64,000 bases of DNA from Takakia lepidozioides (taxonomy: Eukaryota; Plantae; Bryophyta), in contig CM060734.1 in NCBI GenBank assembly GCA_030704615.1, forward strand, positions 59,582,001 through 59,646,000, read 5' to 3'. This document shows, in pieces, positions 61,601-64,000 of this stretch. The notes under the pieces were generated by a model. It had not been told where the DNA came from. It saw only the letters and a list, made by a program, of their open reading frames with translations, and ran no database searches. The first letter of the stretch is position 1, and every line of letters starts with the position of its first letter. The translations under genes were made by a program, and so were the position numbers.

Positions 61601-64000
61601 CGGATATGAGGGTCAAGAACTAGTGGTAGTCATGCCCCGCATATAGTGGTAGTGGTAGTGCTGCCCGGCACTAGTGGTAGTGGTGCCCCACCCATAGTGG
61701 TAGTGGTAGTGGCACCCCTCACTAGTGGTAGTGCTACCCCACACATGAATCCCATGCCTCCCAAGTCTCCTCCCTCAGGAGCAGGAGGTGGACCATCCGG
61801 CTTTGGAGCCGGTACCACCTGAGCTGTGGCCATGGCAGCGAGCCTCTGCTTTAGCTGCTGAAGCCAGTTGGCCATGCCTTGGTCACCACCCTGACCTCTC
61901 CATCCTTGGCCATGTTGAGCTTGCATTGGCCTGCACCTCGTGCCTAGCCACCTCGTCCTCTCTGGGCTGCTCTACCTTGCCCCCGGCCACCATTGTTCCC
62001 TTGGAACTGGTCTGGGCGCAACTCAGGATGCAAACCATAGCACTGGGCTTCTCCATGCCCATACTTGCCACAATGCCCACACTGCAACTGTGCAGGCTGT
62101 GCCAGTGCCAAACCATTTCCTCCCTCTGGGCAATCCTTCTCGACATGGGGTCCTCCACATGTCCAGCACACCACATCCGCCCGTTGTTGGCCAGCAAATG
62201 AAGGGAGAAAACCCTGCATCTGAGGTCCTCTCTGCCCTTTCCTGGGCTTCACCCGAGCCCCCTTGTTGTCTTGAGCATGTTGAGGTAGTGGCTGGCTAAG
62301 AGCACCACTACCCCGTGGTGCCTCCTTAGCAAATCCCACCATGACCACTCGTTCCTCCACCATGTTGAGCTCTATCTGCTCTGCCAGCAAAAACACATTT
62401 GCTAAGGTGGGTTGGGCCGCTTGTAGGAGAGTTGCATCCCGCACCCTTCTCCTCAGCTCCTTGTCCAATATCCCGTACCAGAACTGGACTGCCTGGGCCT
62501 CCGTAACCCCTTGGGTTACATCAATCAAGTGCCTCATGCGAGTGAAAGCCTCCCTCAAGCTCTCAGTAGGCTTCCGTTGGAACTCTTGCAAGCTCATCAA
62601 TTTCTCTGTCCTCACTGTTTGGTAGTTCCTTCTCAACTCTTTGAAGAACTCCACAACAGGGTTGAAGGCAGGCACCGCCACTGGTGTTGGTGCAGCAGTA
62701 GCTTGGGTGGACGTCGTAGTTGTTGTACCACTAGTCTTTACCAAGTCTCAGAGACAAGAACTTGCACTGAAGCGTCGCCAAGAAGAAAGGGCCGAGCAGA
62801 TGAAAATGTGAAATTTCTTGGAAGTGTTTTAGCAAGTTGTAAGAATATCTAGTAGATTAATATCAGACTGTTGATGATTAAGAATTCAAATGCTGTTGGT
62901 GTGTGATGTATGTTGTCATGTGTTCTTATGTAGCAACCATGTTTACCCAAATTTTGCCAATCACTAACGTGACATTGTGGTCAACTCATTGGCAAACTCA
63001 ACTTTATTATTTTCAGAGTCAGTTCTTATGTGGTGTGGGGAGCCCTACTAGTATTATATCCCTGCACTGCTGCACTTGCAAGAATGGGAATTTTAGTTCT
63101 AGAGCAAACTTGACCGTAGCTGTCCTCTTTCTAGTACATCCTCCACTCCTCGATCTCAACATTGTGCCCCCACCTTAACTCATGGTAATCATCCATGGGC
63201 GGCCCCTCAAGGTGCTGAAACAGCCCCTTCCATGCCATGAAAGACGTAAACAGTTGTGGATTGCGCATTTGCTGCAAGTCACACCAACTATCAAACTCTT
63301 GGATAAAGTCATCCAACTTGATGGTACCCACCACCCCAGAGTATCCTCGTGGCTCCTTGGTGGCTCCATACATCTCTTCCATTGTGTCCCACAACAATGG
63401 CAAGGAAACAACTTGCACCGCCGGTGTGAGTCCTCCTGATTCACAATCCGAATCAGAACCTTCCATAGAAGACACAGAAGGTGAAGGTGGCCTAAACCGC
63501 ACACCTCATCTCGTATACCCGCTAGTATCGCTAGTGCTCGTACCGGCACTTTCCCCAGCAACTAGTGGCACCTCCGTGTTGACAATCTGACACTCAACTG
63601 GTCATGAACACGTCCCTAAACCCCTCTCCACAAGGTAACCGGGTAGAGAACCTGATGCGGCTTATGGTTTGGAATACTAGGTTCCTAACATAGCCTGCAC
63701 CTGCACCTGCATCCACCACAGGAACTCCTATGGTTGGCTGGTCATCACCTCCAACCTCACCACAAGAGAAACAAAGATGGTCTGACTGGTCATCAACCCA
63801 GCCTCACCATCGACAGCATGCTCTAGGGTTGGATCGGCGATCAAGCCCGAGTCAACCACCTATAAAATCAAGCGCCACACAAAACTAGCATGGCGCACAA
63901 TCAAGCATGCAGGTATGGAGGGGATCCAAACGCAAGAATGAAAACAACAACTCTCCCACACCAAAAACAACTCCACAGTGTCACTCCTGCAACCCAGCCC
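55694..64000 (-). mobile_element. DNMT-carrying Ty3/Gypsy retrotransposon, copy D (5' end outside window)
   Basis: Single extended Y (55694-55857), PPT, PHD-INT 56118-57420, RT/RH ~57780-59100 with YIDD, MTase, gag; stops, an inversion and an insertion. Confidence 0.92.
59520..60480 (-). pseudogene. C5 DNA methyltransferase domain of copy D
   Basis: NLFGGISTG, GWPCQGHS, ILENV, AHRPRLWWTNL, RERAMGF, QVMGQAMD. Confidence 0.92.

Overview
Repeat-rich eukaryotic genomic DNA from a land plant, probably a non-seed lineage (inferred from TE types and gene content, not certain). It contains one intact six-exon host gene, a cinnamyl-alcohol-dehydrogenase-family gene at 35511-38379 (-). The window is dominated by four minus-strand copies of one unusual Ty3/Gypsy family: B 8242-20119, E 21836-25177 (5' fragment), C 39976-54437 and D 55694->64000. 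Their polyprotein reads Gag-2xCCHC-protease-C5 DNA METHYLTRANSFERASE (DNMT3-like)-RT-RNaseH-DDE integrase-PHD finger. Instead of two ordinary LTRs, copies B and C have split direct repeats (sense order X...PPT-Y-X-Y); copy C has TG...CA ends and a 4-bp GAGC target-site duplication. This looks like a 2-LTR circle reopened at an internal palindrome (GACA-GC-TGTC). The family has no tRNA PBS but has a self-complementary primer site, an extra conserved ORF upstream of gag, and a variable 5' slot holding captured host sequence (a GIY-YIG protein ORF, an RPS7 fragment). Also present: a Tat/Phygy-like Gypsy element and a deletion-riddled copy of it, a nested CACTA element, a piggyBac-type MITE, and PIF/Harbinger, pogo/Tigger and LINE remnants. 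Domain boundaries were read by eye and are approximate unless stated.
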